Below, piece by piece: positions 41,330-53,714 of a stretch of 64,000 nucleotides of DNA (positions are counted from its first letter, which is position 1; each line of letters begins with the position of its first letter). The notes beneath the pieces are model-generated. The model worked only from the letters and a program-made list of their open reading frames with translations, searched no databases and had not been told where the DNA came from. Made by a program: the position numbers and the translations under genes. This stretch comes from the human T2T-CHM13v2.0 reference genome, Homo sapiens. The stretch lies in assembly GCF_009914755.1 (NCBI RefSeq), contig NC_060926.1; one strand, written 5' to 3'.

Positions 41330-41935
41330 TTTCTTCTTGACAATTTGTATTATGATTACTGTAACATTTACAGTTATTTCTACCATATTATTTTATAGTT
41401 TCTATTTACCATTCTTTTCTTTGCTTCTTTTGACCCCTTTTCCTGCCTTTGGATAGACTAATAAAAACTTTTTTTCTCTTTTTGTTATATGAACATTGTT
41501 ATTTGAAAGCTAAAGACAACTTGTTTCTTTTAATGCTCTCAAAAAATTAAAATATACTCTTACGCTTGCATATGCCTCATGAAAACATGATTTAATCATC
41601 ATTGAACTTCACAATGTATCTTGTTATTTGTGTTAAAAATTAGTTTCACTTTATTTGTATTGGAGGGAAGCACCATCACAATGGTTAACTGACTTTTTAA
41701 GTTTCTGTCCATTATAGTTATATTTACAAATCATAACCTCCTTCTGGGTTCATTTTCTTCTTGGTGAACTTTATCTACTTCCTTTATAAAGCACGGTGGA
41801 TAGTAAACTCTCCTAATCTTTGTCTATTTTTTTTTTTTTACTTTTGCCTTTGTTCTTGAAAGAGTGTTTGACTAGGTATGAAATTCTATTTTTCCTTAGC
41901 TCTTTGAAGGGATTGTCTTCCAGCGATGAGAAAGT
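41330..41935 (-). mobile_element. Ancient L1 ORF1-region fragment
   Basis: 'tagtaaactctc...tttgttcttgaaagagtgtttgactaggtatgaaattcta...gatgagaa'. Confidence 0.45.
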
Positions 41936-43024
41936 TGTAGGAGCAAGGAGCAGAGGCTGCCAGAGTTGCCTCCAAACAAGAAATGGAGGAGGCTTGCTAG
42001 TTCCTAAATCCTTTTGCTTTCTAGAAAGTTTTCCTATGTTCAGCCTGCTGGACACTTGTTGGGCTGCACAGACATCCATCCTTTCCTCTCCCCACACCAA
42101 CATACACAAAACTCCTTTTCTGCGCCAGGCTATGAGCTTATTATTTCAAACACAGTTTGACAATCACCTGACAATCCTATAACAACCCCACTAACACTGA
42201 CAACCACTGGGGGAATTTAACTCTTAAAACCTTACTGTAGACTTCAAGTTACATCAACATAGCAGACTAAGCTGAGCTAAAAGACACCATAATCTTACCA
42301 AAAATACTAACAAAGGCTAGACAAACTATAACAACATTTAAATGCACAACCCAAACAAGTTATAACATAAAGAGGGACTCCCAAAGAACTAAGCAGGCTG
42401 AGCAAGGTGGTCCATGGGTGTGAGGTCTCTGCAAAGGTCTCCAGGAAGCTGATCCATGAGGCCTGGTTAGCCAGCTGCCTCCTTTTCCTGAAATTTTCCA
42501 ACCCAAGGCTTACATGCAGACCTCCATGTCTCCACAAATTTGAGCATCTTCTCTGGCCAAGCTGGCCCAACGCCAAGTTTATGGTGTGTATACAGCTACA
42601 GCCAGCCCACATCCATGCCTGCAAGTCTGGGTAGTCAGGGCCAGCCTCCAGGCTGCTCTCTGCTGCCCCAGGCATTGGGCACAGCAAGGGTGGATGCTGT
42701 CACATTCTCCTAGGACTGTTGAAAAATTGAAACTTAGATTTGTCTTCACTTCAGAGAACAATAAGGAAAAAGATCATTTATCTCAGAAAACATAAAACAA
42801 TTTCAATTACTTTGTCAGGATTTTTATGTCAAAACTGCCATATTGATTCTTTGTACGTGCCTAGATCTGGGCATCAGTTTTAGCAATCTTATTTGGAAAG
42901 AAATGATATGTAGAGAGAAAAAAAAAGTCCCTTCCTCTGAAATTGGCTATAGGAATGAAGCTGTACTTCATTTTAAACCCTGCCACTCCTATAACTCATT
43001 GATTTCCAACTCAAAAATTTTGTG

Positions 43025-43420
43025 CATATTTTGGTTAGGATTCTTTCTGTTGCAAGTGACAGAAAACTCAAACTGGCATAAATGAACAGGGTAACTTAAC
43101 GGGAGCAACAACTAAAAATCTGGGACTTTTTTTCCAGAGGTTCAAAAATTCACTGGGATGTGGTCTATTCCCTGATTTTTATTCCACTCTCCTCCATATT
43201 AACTTCATTCTCATGGTCCTTACAGCAACAAAATAGCTGTGTGCACGTACTCATTCCTGAGCCAAACACTGTGTGGCTATGAGAATATAAAATCCTGATT
43301 GGCTAGATCTGAGTCACCAATGGAGAATAGGGAACAGATGGTTCCCCAGAGGAAAAATGGGGTGATTTTATCCAAAGAATAGTAAGTGCTATGTGACCAA
43401 AATAATAGATGCTCACTGTA
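43025..43420 (-). mobile_element. Old MaLR LTR (MLT1K/L-like)
   Basis: 'ggttaggattcttt..gttgcaagtgacagaaaactcaaactggc...ctgattggctag..ctgagtca...ggttccccagaggaaaa'; strand and subfamily uncertain. Confidence 0.6.
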
Positions 43421-45126
43421 ACCCTAAAGGAAGTTAAATAATAATAGCAATTAACATACTTGGGTGTCATAAACAAATTTAGGAGTACCTGACATCATTT
43501 TTTAGTTTAAGGGTTTTTTTAACTAACATTAAAATTTTCTTTAAAGACCTATATTGACAGAAAGCTTTCTAGGCATTCCCAAATCCATTTTAGTAAAATG
43601 AATAGGACAAAAAAATGAAATCTCACAGGCTTGATGAACAATTTGTTGTTGATATTCTAGTGATGATAGAGGAGGCACTAGAATCAATATCCAAATTTAG
43701 CCTGATACCAGAATTTCAGTCTTGAAAAACAAAAAGTGAGTAAGCCGGCACTAGTGTAATACTTGTCTCCAGTGTTTGTTGTCTTTATTTTTTACATTAA
43801 ACATTTATATGTGGTTCCTAAGAGAGTTAAAGTAATTAGAGATGAAAAATCTTTAATTCTCAATGATTCATGCTCCCTCCCATCTCTCTAGGATTTCATA
43901 GGAAACTGCTTTGACATATCATCAGCTGTAAATTACTTTAATGACTTCTCTACCACATTTAACTCCCACCTATGAAAGTGATTTAGTTCCTTAATTTGTA
44001 CAACACCTGAACACACAAACATCAATACCATTCAGAGATCTAGAAGAATGTCATTTGCTATAGTACTTAAAAGCAAATTAAATTTGTCTCCAGAAAATAT
44101 TAGTCATTTTAACATTCATCTCCATGTAATCAAGTAACTTCAATTAGATTAATAGCACTGAAATCTCTGAAAACATGTTCATACAAATGAATTTTATTAA
44201 ACATGAGACTAAGCACTGCTAAAATAATATTATTTCAAGTATACTGATTTTTAATATATATGAAAATTATGGCTAACACTTCCTAATTTTTTTTGTGCAG
44301 TGTCATATTTTCTCTAAAAGCATTTGAATACACTGACAATATGAGTTGATTTTGAAAATATTAACTGATGGGGATTTTATTATAAATTCTAAGTCTATCC
44401 ACAATGTATAATCTTCTCAAAGTCACAGAAACTGTTATCTGCTGTATTGGATATGCCACCTTAATCAATCCAAATTTCAAATATCCTAGGCTTAAGACCT
44501 CGAATAGTTTGGGCTAGAAAGAGGGTCACAGGCAAATATACTTTAATTAAAATGATAGCATATATTTCTGGATTGAAGAAAAAGGGCATTTTTTCTTATG
44601 AATCATGTTTACTAGTCAGTCATTGCCATATTGCTATTTCTGTATCCTGCTTTTCTCAATATCTCACAAAGTATTCAGGAAATTAGGAAAATGTTTTTTA
44701 CTTAAAACTGTCTTAGATTTACAAAAAATACATATATGTGAGTGTGCGTGTGTGTATGCACACACACATGCACACTCAAATAAAAGCCACTAGCTCATTG
44801 CTTTAAAGTAGTACAGTGATAAGCACTATTCAATCAATTAGCAAACAAAAAGTAAAATTTAGTAGCAAATTACATATGAAACAACACCATACAAAATTTT
44901 TAAATGCTCAATAAAAGGTGGCTAACAGAAAGTATATTTTGGAAATACTTACTATGAAATAAAGCTGAACAAAAAATAGAAAACCTTGGTCTTGAACATA
45001 ATTATTAAAAAATACTGAATTGGAATATACTTCTAATTGAAAATCTATGTTAGTTAAATTATGACATTAAATCCACTTTGGGGCACTAGCTAGTTGGAAG
45101 AAAAGAGGAACAAGACAGTCAAATAA

Positions 45127-45480
<354 letters not shown>

Positions 45481-45789
45481 AAGAAAACAAAGTTTTTAAA
45501 CGAAAACTCTAGTTCTAGAGGAGAGAGAAACACTAAATTGAACATGAAGGAAAACAATATAAGCACTGTAGAGAGCCCCTCTCTGAACATTCTTCGTCCC
45601 TGCCCTAAGCACCTCTGCATTTATATGCCTTCTGTTTTCCTCTGAAGATCTTTCTTACCCCAACCCCACTTAGCACAAAGAGTACATTTTCTGCATTATC
45701 TTTCCAGAAACTTTCTAGTCATTGTTCATAGTTCCCTTCTCTATTCTCCCTAATACTTTTTTCAAACTATGTTTTTAATAATAAAATTA

Positions 45790-46710
45790 GTCATAGCAAT
45801 TTACATTTATGCAGCATTTAATGGCATCCTACTAAGTTCTTTACATGCTTATGACAATTCTATGAGGTGATACAAATTAATTTAAAAATAGAATCTGATG
45901 CTGGTAACATTGTGGAGAAAAGGGAACACTTATACGTTGCTGGTGGAAGTGTAAATTAGTTCAGCCACTGTAGAGGCAGTTTGGAGATTTCTCAAAGAAC
46001 TTAAAACAGAACTACACTTGACCCAGCAATCCCATTACTGGGTATATGCCCAAAGGAACACAAACCATCCTCCCATAAAGACACATGCACACATGTTTAT
46101 CATAGCACTATTCACAATAGCAAAGATGTGGAATCAACCTAGGTGCCCATCAGTGGTGGACTGGATACCGAAAATGTGGAAATGTGGCACATATATGGCA
46201 TGGAATATACCATGCAGCCACAAAAAAAGAATGAAATCATGTCCTTTGCAGCAACATGGATGGAGCTGGAGGACATTATCCTAAGCAAATTAACACAGAA
46301 ACAGAAAAGCAAATACCACGTTCTCACTTATAAGTGGGAGCTAAACATTGGGTACTCATGGACACAAAGAAGGGAATAATAGATACCAAGGCCTACTTGA
46401 CGGTGGAGAGTGGAAGGAGGGTGAGGATCAAAAATCTACCCATTAAGTACTGTTTATTACCTGGGGGGCAAAATAATCTGTACACCAAATCCCTGCAACA
46501 TGCAATCTACCCATGTAACAAACTGGCATGTATACTCCCTGCACCTAACATAAAAGTTGGAAAGTAAAAAAAAAAAAAAAAAAAAATAATCTGAGGCCTA
46601 TAGCGGCATACGAACTGATTACAGTCGCAGGGCTAATGTTCGATGGGCACGAAGTTTACACCCGGTGGGAGGGGCGGGGTCTCCCTTCAGATCCAGTGCT
46701 ATTATCCTGC
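45790..46710 (-). mobile_element. MIR split by an L1PA16-like insertion (MIR parts ~45790-45895 and ~46587-46710)
   Basis: 'ttacatgcttatgacaattctatgaggt...aatctga | aatctgaggc...cagatccagtgct'. Confidence 0.6.
45897..46586 (+). mobile_element. 5'-truncated LINE-1 (L1PA16-like) with long A tail
   Basis: 3' UTR 'ggcctacttga.ggtggag...gggtgaggatcaaaaa.ctacc...aatctgtacaccaaa'; A21 tail; approximate TSD aaaaata(g)aatctga. Confidence 0.92.
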
Positions 46711-46819
46711 TTCTGCTGACAATACTGACCCTGAGCATGGTGGGTTGTGTTTAGCCTTTTTACTGTGCTTAAAGGCAGGCTTTTGAGGAGAGAACACTTT
46801 TCACTCAAATTTTTACATC

Positions 46820-46890
46820 GGAAACTAATAAAGGCCTTAGCACATTGTAGATACCCAAATGTCTACTGAATAAATGAATTAATGAATGCG
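46820..46890 (+). mobile_element. L2 3' tail
   Basis: 'gcacattgtagatac...tgaataaatgaattaatgaatg'. Confidence 0.6.
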
Positions 46891-46992
46891 AAACTACTTA
46901 CTGATTAAACCATCTCAGTAAAAACAAGACAAAACTTACTATGTTCTAGACACCAAATAGGTGGCCTGACATTGTTCTCTTTTTTGCTATTT

Positions 46993-47078
46993 TGTGTGTG
47001 TATATGTGTGTGTGTGTACATACACATATATAAAAAATATATACATATATGTGTATATATATAACACATATATACACA
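46993..47078. repeat. (TG)/(TA)/(CA) compound microsatellite
   Basis: Directly visible. Confidence 0.9.
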
Positions 47079-47757
47079 TCAGAGCTTATTAAAAATAAAT
47101 GGAAATTTATCCAACTTGCAATCAAGTAAATTTTGCCAGTTTTTCTTAGTTCTCCAAATTCAACCTGTAAGGCACTTTTTTAAGCACCTTTCTATTTAAC
47201 TTTTCAAAAGAAGGATATCCCTTTTAATGGGAAATCTGTATTTATCATAAAGTAAAACACAATGTGCTCAACTTAATTTGCCTTCTAAGAGGTCCATTTT
47301 GTCATCAATATTGGCCAGTAGACAAGATAGACTCCAAAAAATATATGTATTTCAGGCATGAGAGACCAGAGTTATACTAGACTAAAAAGAATGAAAAATG
47401 AAACCTCCATTCCCACTGTACTGAAAGACTTAATTTATAAATGCTCCATTATCACTGGACCCTCTACTTCTGTTCAAGAATCCATGAGAGCAGAACAAGT
47501 AAAGAACTTTTATATCTGAAAGAAAATCAGTCAGCTCCAAGTTTAAGTGAAAATTTAAACCACAAGGCATGCCACAAAGTTTTGAATATTTGGAAAACAT
47601 AACTTTTTACTCTAATAGCATCTTGTGTGTCTAATAGCAAAGTTATTTCTAATTAATCACTTTCATAATTGCATTTTTTAAAACCCAAGTACCTAGGGTA
47701 CTGGTTAGTTACTAGTTTAATTACAAAGCATATAATTATTGCTGGCAACATCTATGG

Positions 47758-47980
47758 CAGTGGTTCTTGACAGTTTGAAAACACAAACCTCTTTGAGCAT
47801 CTGCTTAAAGCCTGGATCCTCTTCCTTAAAAAAATACATGTATACGGATAAATACTCCAAATTTACATAACATCTTGCTGTGTGAGGTGGGGGGTTGGGG
47901 GGGCGGTTATAGATGCCTAAAGCCTACTGACGGGCCCCACATGATTCATAGCCCACTCCCTTCCTTAAATCCCATGCTCT
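47758..47980. mobile_element. Probable hAT-Charlie MITE relic
   Basis: 'cagtggttct...ctttgagcatctg..taaagcc.tggatcctct.cc..aaaaaatacat'. Confidence 0.5.
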
Positions 47981-50302
47981 GAGAAAAGCTGAAGACTTTC
48001 TCCCTCCTTAGTCCTTTCCTATGGAGGAACAAGTTTGACAGACAAGGACACAATGGAGATCTCAGGAAGATACAAAAATGCCACATCACTAAGTAATAAA
48101 ATCTTTAGCAGAAAGCAGTATCAACAAAATTTGACTTGGCCAAATGTTAACTTTTCTGTTTTGAACTTTCTTCTGCAAGATTCAGTGCTTTATTCAACAA
48201 ATATGAACTGAGCTCCTACTCTGGGCCTGCATGTCCTGCTACCCATCACAAGCCCAGGGGGAATCCAGCTTAAGGGCTGGAGGAGACTGCTAGGACCCGA
48301 AGAAAGGGTCTTTATGACCGTCACATGGTCCAGGACATGTTGCCAGGGTGAGCAACCAAATAGGCTGTAAAGCCCAAGTCCTTATGAGCAACAGTGTGCA
48401 TGTGTCTATCCATTTATGGTGCATAAATTCCAGTGAATTCTAATAGAGCAGCAGATGTCAAGACCCTCAGTGAGAACCTATCCAGACCAAATCAATGATG
48501 ACAGTAACCGCCTTTTCCAATTTTCAGTTCAAACAGTTCCAAGACAGCTCAACACAGTTCCAAATGTGCTTATTCATAAATAATAAATCCCTAAGGCTAC
48601 TGAATACCTATCTGGTTGGTATTTGTGAGGAAATCTATGCTATTTTGCTGTGTATATTTTGAAATAATACTACTTCTTTAAATATTTTTGAAGGATATCC
48701 CACTTAGGGAACAACAAAAATTAAAGGTGGCTCATTAGATTTGCATAGTGATTAAAAATGCACTGATCTAACCGGGCATTATGTGCATGTTATTTAGGAG
48801 TACGCCCTTCCTTTAAGACAATGAATAAATGTTTAGTATGCAGATAACAGAACTGTAGAACAATGCCTTCACTGGGGAGAAACGAGCTAGTCCACAGAGG
48901 AAGCCTTGAGAAGACTAATCAGGTTTCCCAGTTGCTCATTTGCCTTGGCTCATGGAGAAATTAATGTTAGGAAAATCTAAAAGGTACAGCCCAGCTGGAA
49001 TCTGGTAGTTTAATTGCCCTGCACTAGAGACCAGTGGTCCTGCCGGGTCTTGGGTGTGCAAAGTCCTTACAAAGCTCTGTACTTTGACTGCTGTGAATAC
49101 TCAACCAGGAGAATTCTGTCTAAGAGGAAGGACTATAGATTTTTCTAAATAGGATTCTATTTTTAGATCTATCCATTTACCTTTTTTTAAATTCATTGCA
49201 ACGTTAACTCATATACCAGAACATTATTTCTAAGAAAACACTGACTAATGTCCTCCATGGCCAAATAGAACTGAAACAAGTCACATTCTGGATGATTAAC
49301 ACTATTTTTAGCCATGCTCAGGATGGGAGGTAGCCCCTGCATATAAACTGCAGTCCTGTGAATAAATGTATACCACTTTATACACACTTCAGCAGAGGTG
49401 CTGCAAAGATAGACTGAAGCAAATTCGGGAGGTTCAAATGAAAGTGATTTTTCTGGAGTCTGTTTCATTTCCACAGCATGGCCAACTCTCAAACATATTC
49501 TGAATACTTTTGCCAAATTGTGTGACAATACGTGTGGTCCAAGATAAGAAAATGCCATTCACTTTTAGCCAAAATGTTATTTTAAGTAAAATGGATTTTA
49601 TTAAATAATAATCAAATGACTTTTCCAAACTGTTTTGCACTGGCTGAAATCTGTACTCGCTATCTCAGTGAATAATGAGCCCCAGTTCTGAAACTTCATG
49701 GGAACTCTCTATCTTGGGCCATATTAACTATATGAAAGTCATTCATTGCATATATAAGAAACTGAATTCAATTCAACTAATTGGCTGTCTAATCTTCTGG
49801 GTGAAAAAAAAAAGGCCTGGATGTAAGGTGGGAAATGCGGATTCTAGTCATTAATGCTTCTATCCAGCTGGAGAGCTTTGGACAAATCACAGAACGTTTA
49901 CCTTCTCACTCTTATATTAGAAAACATTACCTAAGCCTCTGACATAACAAAAGCAAAACTTTGTTTACCATGCTTTATGAAGAAAGTTGTATTATAAATG
50001 CATTAGTAAGACCTTCCATTTAAATAGAACATTAAAATGTACACTGGGGTCCAGTTGCATCAAGAAGAGTTCCCTACTCAGCTCTTGTATATTAGAAAAG
50101 AAGAAAGTGAAACTGATTCTGTCCTGTGATTCTTTGCAGCATCTTATGGCAAAATTTAAGGCAGAATATCTGGCTCCTGAAAGATGTTCTCTGTTCATTA
50201 TCCTAATACTAATGGGAGAAAGTAGAACATATGGAGAGAAAAAACTAACTTCAGACCAGCACATTTGGAAGCAGATTCTATCTTAATCCATACTTTACTT
50301 CC

Positions 50303-50660
50303 TGATATGATTTGGCTGTGTCCCCGCCCAAATCTCATCTTGAAATGTTGCTCCCATAATTCTCACATCATGGGAGGGACCCAGGGGGAGGTGATTGAAT
50401 CATGAGGATCGGTTTTTCTGTGCTGTTCTCATGAGAGTAAGTTTCATGAGATCTGATGGTTTGATAAAGGGGAGTTCCCCTGTACACCCTCTCTCTTGCC
50501 TGCTGCCATGTAAGAGGTGTCTTGCTTCCCCTTCACTTTCCCCCATGATTGTGAGGCACCCCCGGCCATGTGGAAATGTGAATCAATTAAACCTCTTCCC
50601 TTAATAAATTACCCAGTCCCCGGTAAATTTTTATTAGCATCATGAGAACAGATTAATATA
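50303..50660 (+). mobile_element. THE1C-like MaLR solo LTR
   Basis: 'tgatatgatttggctgtgtcccc...ggggagttcccctgtacac...gccatgtaag...caattaaacctctt...aaattacccagtc'. Confidence 0.92.
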
Positions 50661-51040
50661 CTTTTCAACAGAGGAAATGCCTCTTTGAATCCCCGAAGAA
50701 AGTGGAGATGGTGTAGGGGAGTGGAGAAGGAGTTGTCTAGATGATAATTAATAATGATCATTACTACAAGATTTGTTGGAGGAAATTCTTTTCACACTAA
50801 ACATTGGGAGCAATCTCATCTCTTCAATCACCAGTCCAAGATACTGTCAAATGGGTTTCAACATTCACAGAGAATCTAATTTCCTTTGCCATAGCAGTTG
50901 ATAAGTATATTTATTACGGTGGAGCCGAGGAAAAAAAATTAAGCAGAAAGAAAAGTCAGGTAACTCCAGATGTCCAAGAAAACTCAATGATTAATTTTCT
51001 GATGTTGGAGAGAAAAGGTTTATGCTTATTCTATCTCATC

Positions 51041-51752
51041 TGTATTAGCCATCTATTGCTGCATAACAAATTACTCCCCAAAATTATCAGACTAAAACAA
51101 GCATTTATCGTCTCCAGCAGTTTCTGATGGTCAAGAATCTAGGAGGAACTTATCTGGGTGGTTCTGCCTCAGCTTTTCTCACTAGTTTGCAGACAAGTTG
51201 TCAGCTGGGGCAGTAGTCATTTCGAGACTGGACTAATGCTACGGAACCTGCTTCCAAGCTCATCTGTGTGGTTGCTGGCAGGCCTCACTTTCTTTTTTTT
51301 TAATTATACTTTACGTTTTAGTTTACATGTGTAGAACGTGCAGTTTTGTTACACAGGTATACACGTGCCATGGTTTGCTGCACCCATCAACCCGTCACCT
51401 ACATTAGGTATTTCTCCTACTGTTATCCATCCCCTAGCCCCCCACCCCACGACAGGCCCTGGTGTATCATGTTCCCCTCTCTGGGTCCGTGTGTTCTCAT
51501 TGTTCAACTCCCACTTATGAGTGAGAACATGCGGTGTTTGGTTTTCTGATCTTGTGATAGACTGCTGATAATGATGGTTTCCAGCTTCATCCATGTCCCT
51601 GCAAAGGACATGAACTCATCCTTTTTTATCGGGCAGGCCTCACTTTCTTACTGACTGTTGGCCAGAGGTTTCAATTCCTTACTGCATGGATTCCTGGATA
51701 GGGCTGCTCACAGGATGGTAGCCTACTTTCTCCAGAGCAAGAGATTTGAGAC

Positions 51753-51783
<31 letters not shown>

Positions 51784-51973
51784 GAATGAGAGAGAATGAG
51801 AATGTATTCAAGATGAAAACTACCATCTTTTATAACCTGACCTCAGAAGTGAGTTAGCTTCACTTCTACTTTATGCTATGGACTAACCCTGGTAAAATGT
51901 GGAAGACTATACAGGCGTATGATTACGAGGTGGTGGGGACCACTCGGGCTCATCTTAGAGGTTAGCCATAGCA
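51041..51973 (-). mobile_element. MLT1F-like MaLR solo LTR, split by an L1 fragment; contains (GACA)n at ~51750-51785
   Basis: 'tgtattag..atctattgctgcataacaaattac.cccaaaa...ggtcaagaatctagg...tgcttccaagctca...ttttataacct..cctcagaagtga'. Confidence 0.85.
51295..51631 (-). mobile_element. Severely 5'-truncated LINE-1 (L1PA6/7-like)
   Basis: 3' UTR and ORF2 end; perfect 18-bp TSD ggcaggcctcactttctt at 51277-51294 and 51632-51649. Confidence 0.95.
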
Positions 51974-53283
51974 CTATCTAACTTACAAGAGGGCTGCAAG
52001 AAATCAGCTCTGGCCACCATAAAAATGACTAGTGATTCAGCGAGTAGGATCTGGGCACAAGGAAGCTAATCACTAATACTCTATCTTTCATATCAAATAA
52101 AAATAAAAATATCTTTATTTTCCCCATAAAGTACATATGTTTCTTCTCTCCTTGTAAAGTCTACATAACTTCATTGGCTAAGCTAGTCAGTCTTACCCAA
52201 TTTCTAACTCACATTCACCAAACATGTAGTGTGGTGAGAAAGACAAGACCTCATTTCTGTAAAAGTGCTTGCCTTTCACAGAATATTCTCTCTATAGCAT
52301 TCTGCCTTGCCCACAATAGTTGAAGCTATTTTCCTGGAAAAAGCAGGCAAACAAAGGAAAATAAAACCTTCTTAGGATAACTAGAAGCAGTGTTAGGAAA
52401 ATGATAATCCAATTAATGCTTTTCCCAGAAGACAAGAGACACCTCCCATAGCAGGCTTGCACCTGGCTTCTCTCTGGCCAGATACTCACCTCAGCCTAAC
52501 AGAAAATTGTCAGATCAACATTTGAAACTTGAGCTGCAGTAAGGTAACCTGATATTCTGAGAAAAGGAGGCTCTTCCTTTTCTAAATATTTATATTAGAT
52601 AAATATAAAACATTCCATGAGAGTGGGAAGGAAAAATAGAGCTATGATAATACTGCAGTGGAGGGGTGTATTGCTATTCAAATGCCTTATGTGCCAGTGA
52701 CACTGGAGGAAGCTGTAGGGGGTGGGAGTATATAGAGGTGGGTCCCACCTTCCTCCCTCCCTCCCTTCCTGAACATTGTGATAACCCTTCCTATGGGCTT
52801 GTCCCTTCCTTCTGAGTTGAGAATGACTACCAAACTGAGCCATTTTTAATGACGGGTGTTTCATCTCTCAAGGGGTATAAGGAAGAGTGTCTTTATCAAT
52901 TAATAGACTCAGTGACAACTATTTCCATGAGATATACCTATCTCATGGAACAAACATCAAGGAAAAAACAAATTCCTCTACATAAAGGAATTTGTTTACT
53001 TACTTACCAATGTTCAATCTAGTTCCAAAAAAAAATTATTGTGATTTATAAGGATTTTTATAATATAACAAAAATAACATGTACTAGTTGTAAAAGAAAC
53101 AATACAGGGAAACAAACCATGGAGAATAAGTTTGTGAGCAAGGAATGTAGTTGCTACTGAGGGCAACAAATTTACCTCTAAATGTTCCAGCAGACTGCCC
53201 ACCTGAGAAAAGGGAAATTTGTTCTAAATTCAGTTTTCATTTCAAGAAAATACTAACAAAGTCCTAAAAGAGTCACAACTACC

Positions 53284-53564
53284 TTTTTTTTTTGAGATCG
53301 GGGTCTCAATTCTGTCACCCAGGCTGGGTGCAGTGGTACAATCATGGCTCACTGCACTATAGCTTCAAACTCCTGGGCTCAAGTGATCCACCCATCTCAG
53401 CCTCTTGAGTAGCTGGGACTATAGGCATGCATCACCATTTCAGGCTAATTATTATTTTTTTTAATTTTTGCAGAGGCACAGTCTCACTATGGTATCCAGT
53501 CTAGTCTCAAACTCCTACCCACAAGTGATCCTCCCACCTCAGCCTCCCAAAGTGCTGGGATTAC
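53284..53564 (-). mobile_element. AluJ-like, slightly 5'-truncated
   Basis: 'ctcctgggctcaagtgatcc' J diagnostics; approximate TSD acaacta(cctt/ttct). Confidence 0.93.
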
Positions 53565-53714
53565 AACTATTCTTAAATTAAGATCAGACCCAGAGCTCCA
53601 CTGGGGATTCCTATGCAATGGTATTTATACAATAAAAATAAGAGAATGTGGCACTGACCTCTTTCTCACACTGACTTCATCAGCAACCTGTAAACATGGG
53701 TCTGCAGGACCACA

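Noticed and set aside
42307-42687. 126-aa minus ORF
   Set aside because: Expected in a locally GC-rich stretch; overlapping frames are open on both strands and no homology is recognised.
47886-47906. G-rich run as a G-quadruplex
   Set aside because: Only two long G tracts plus GG pairs; not a canonical four-tract motif.
49193-49558. 121-aa minus ORF in the repeat-free block
   Set aside because: No recognisable protein features; a regulatory interpretation fits better.
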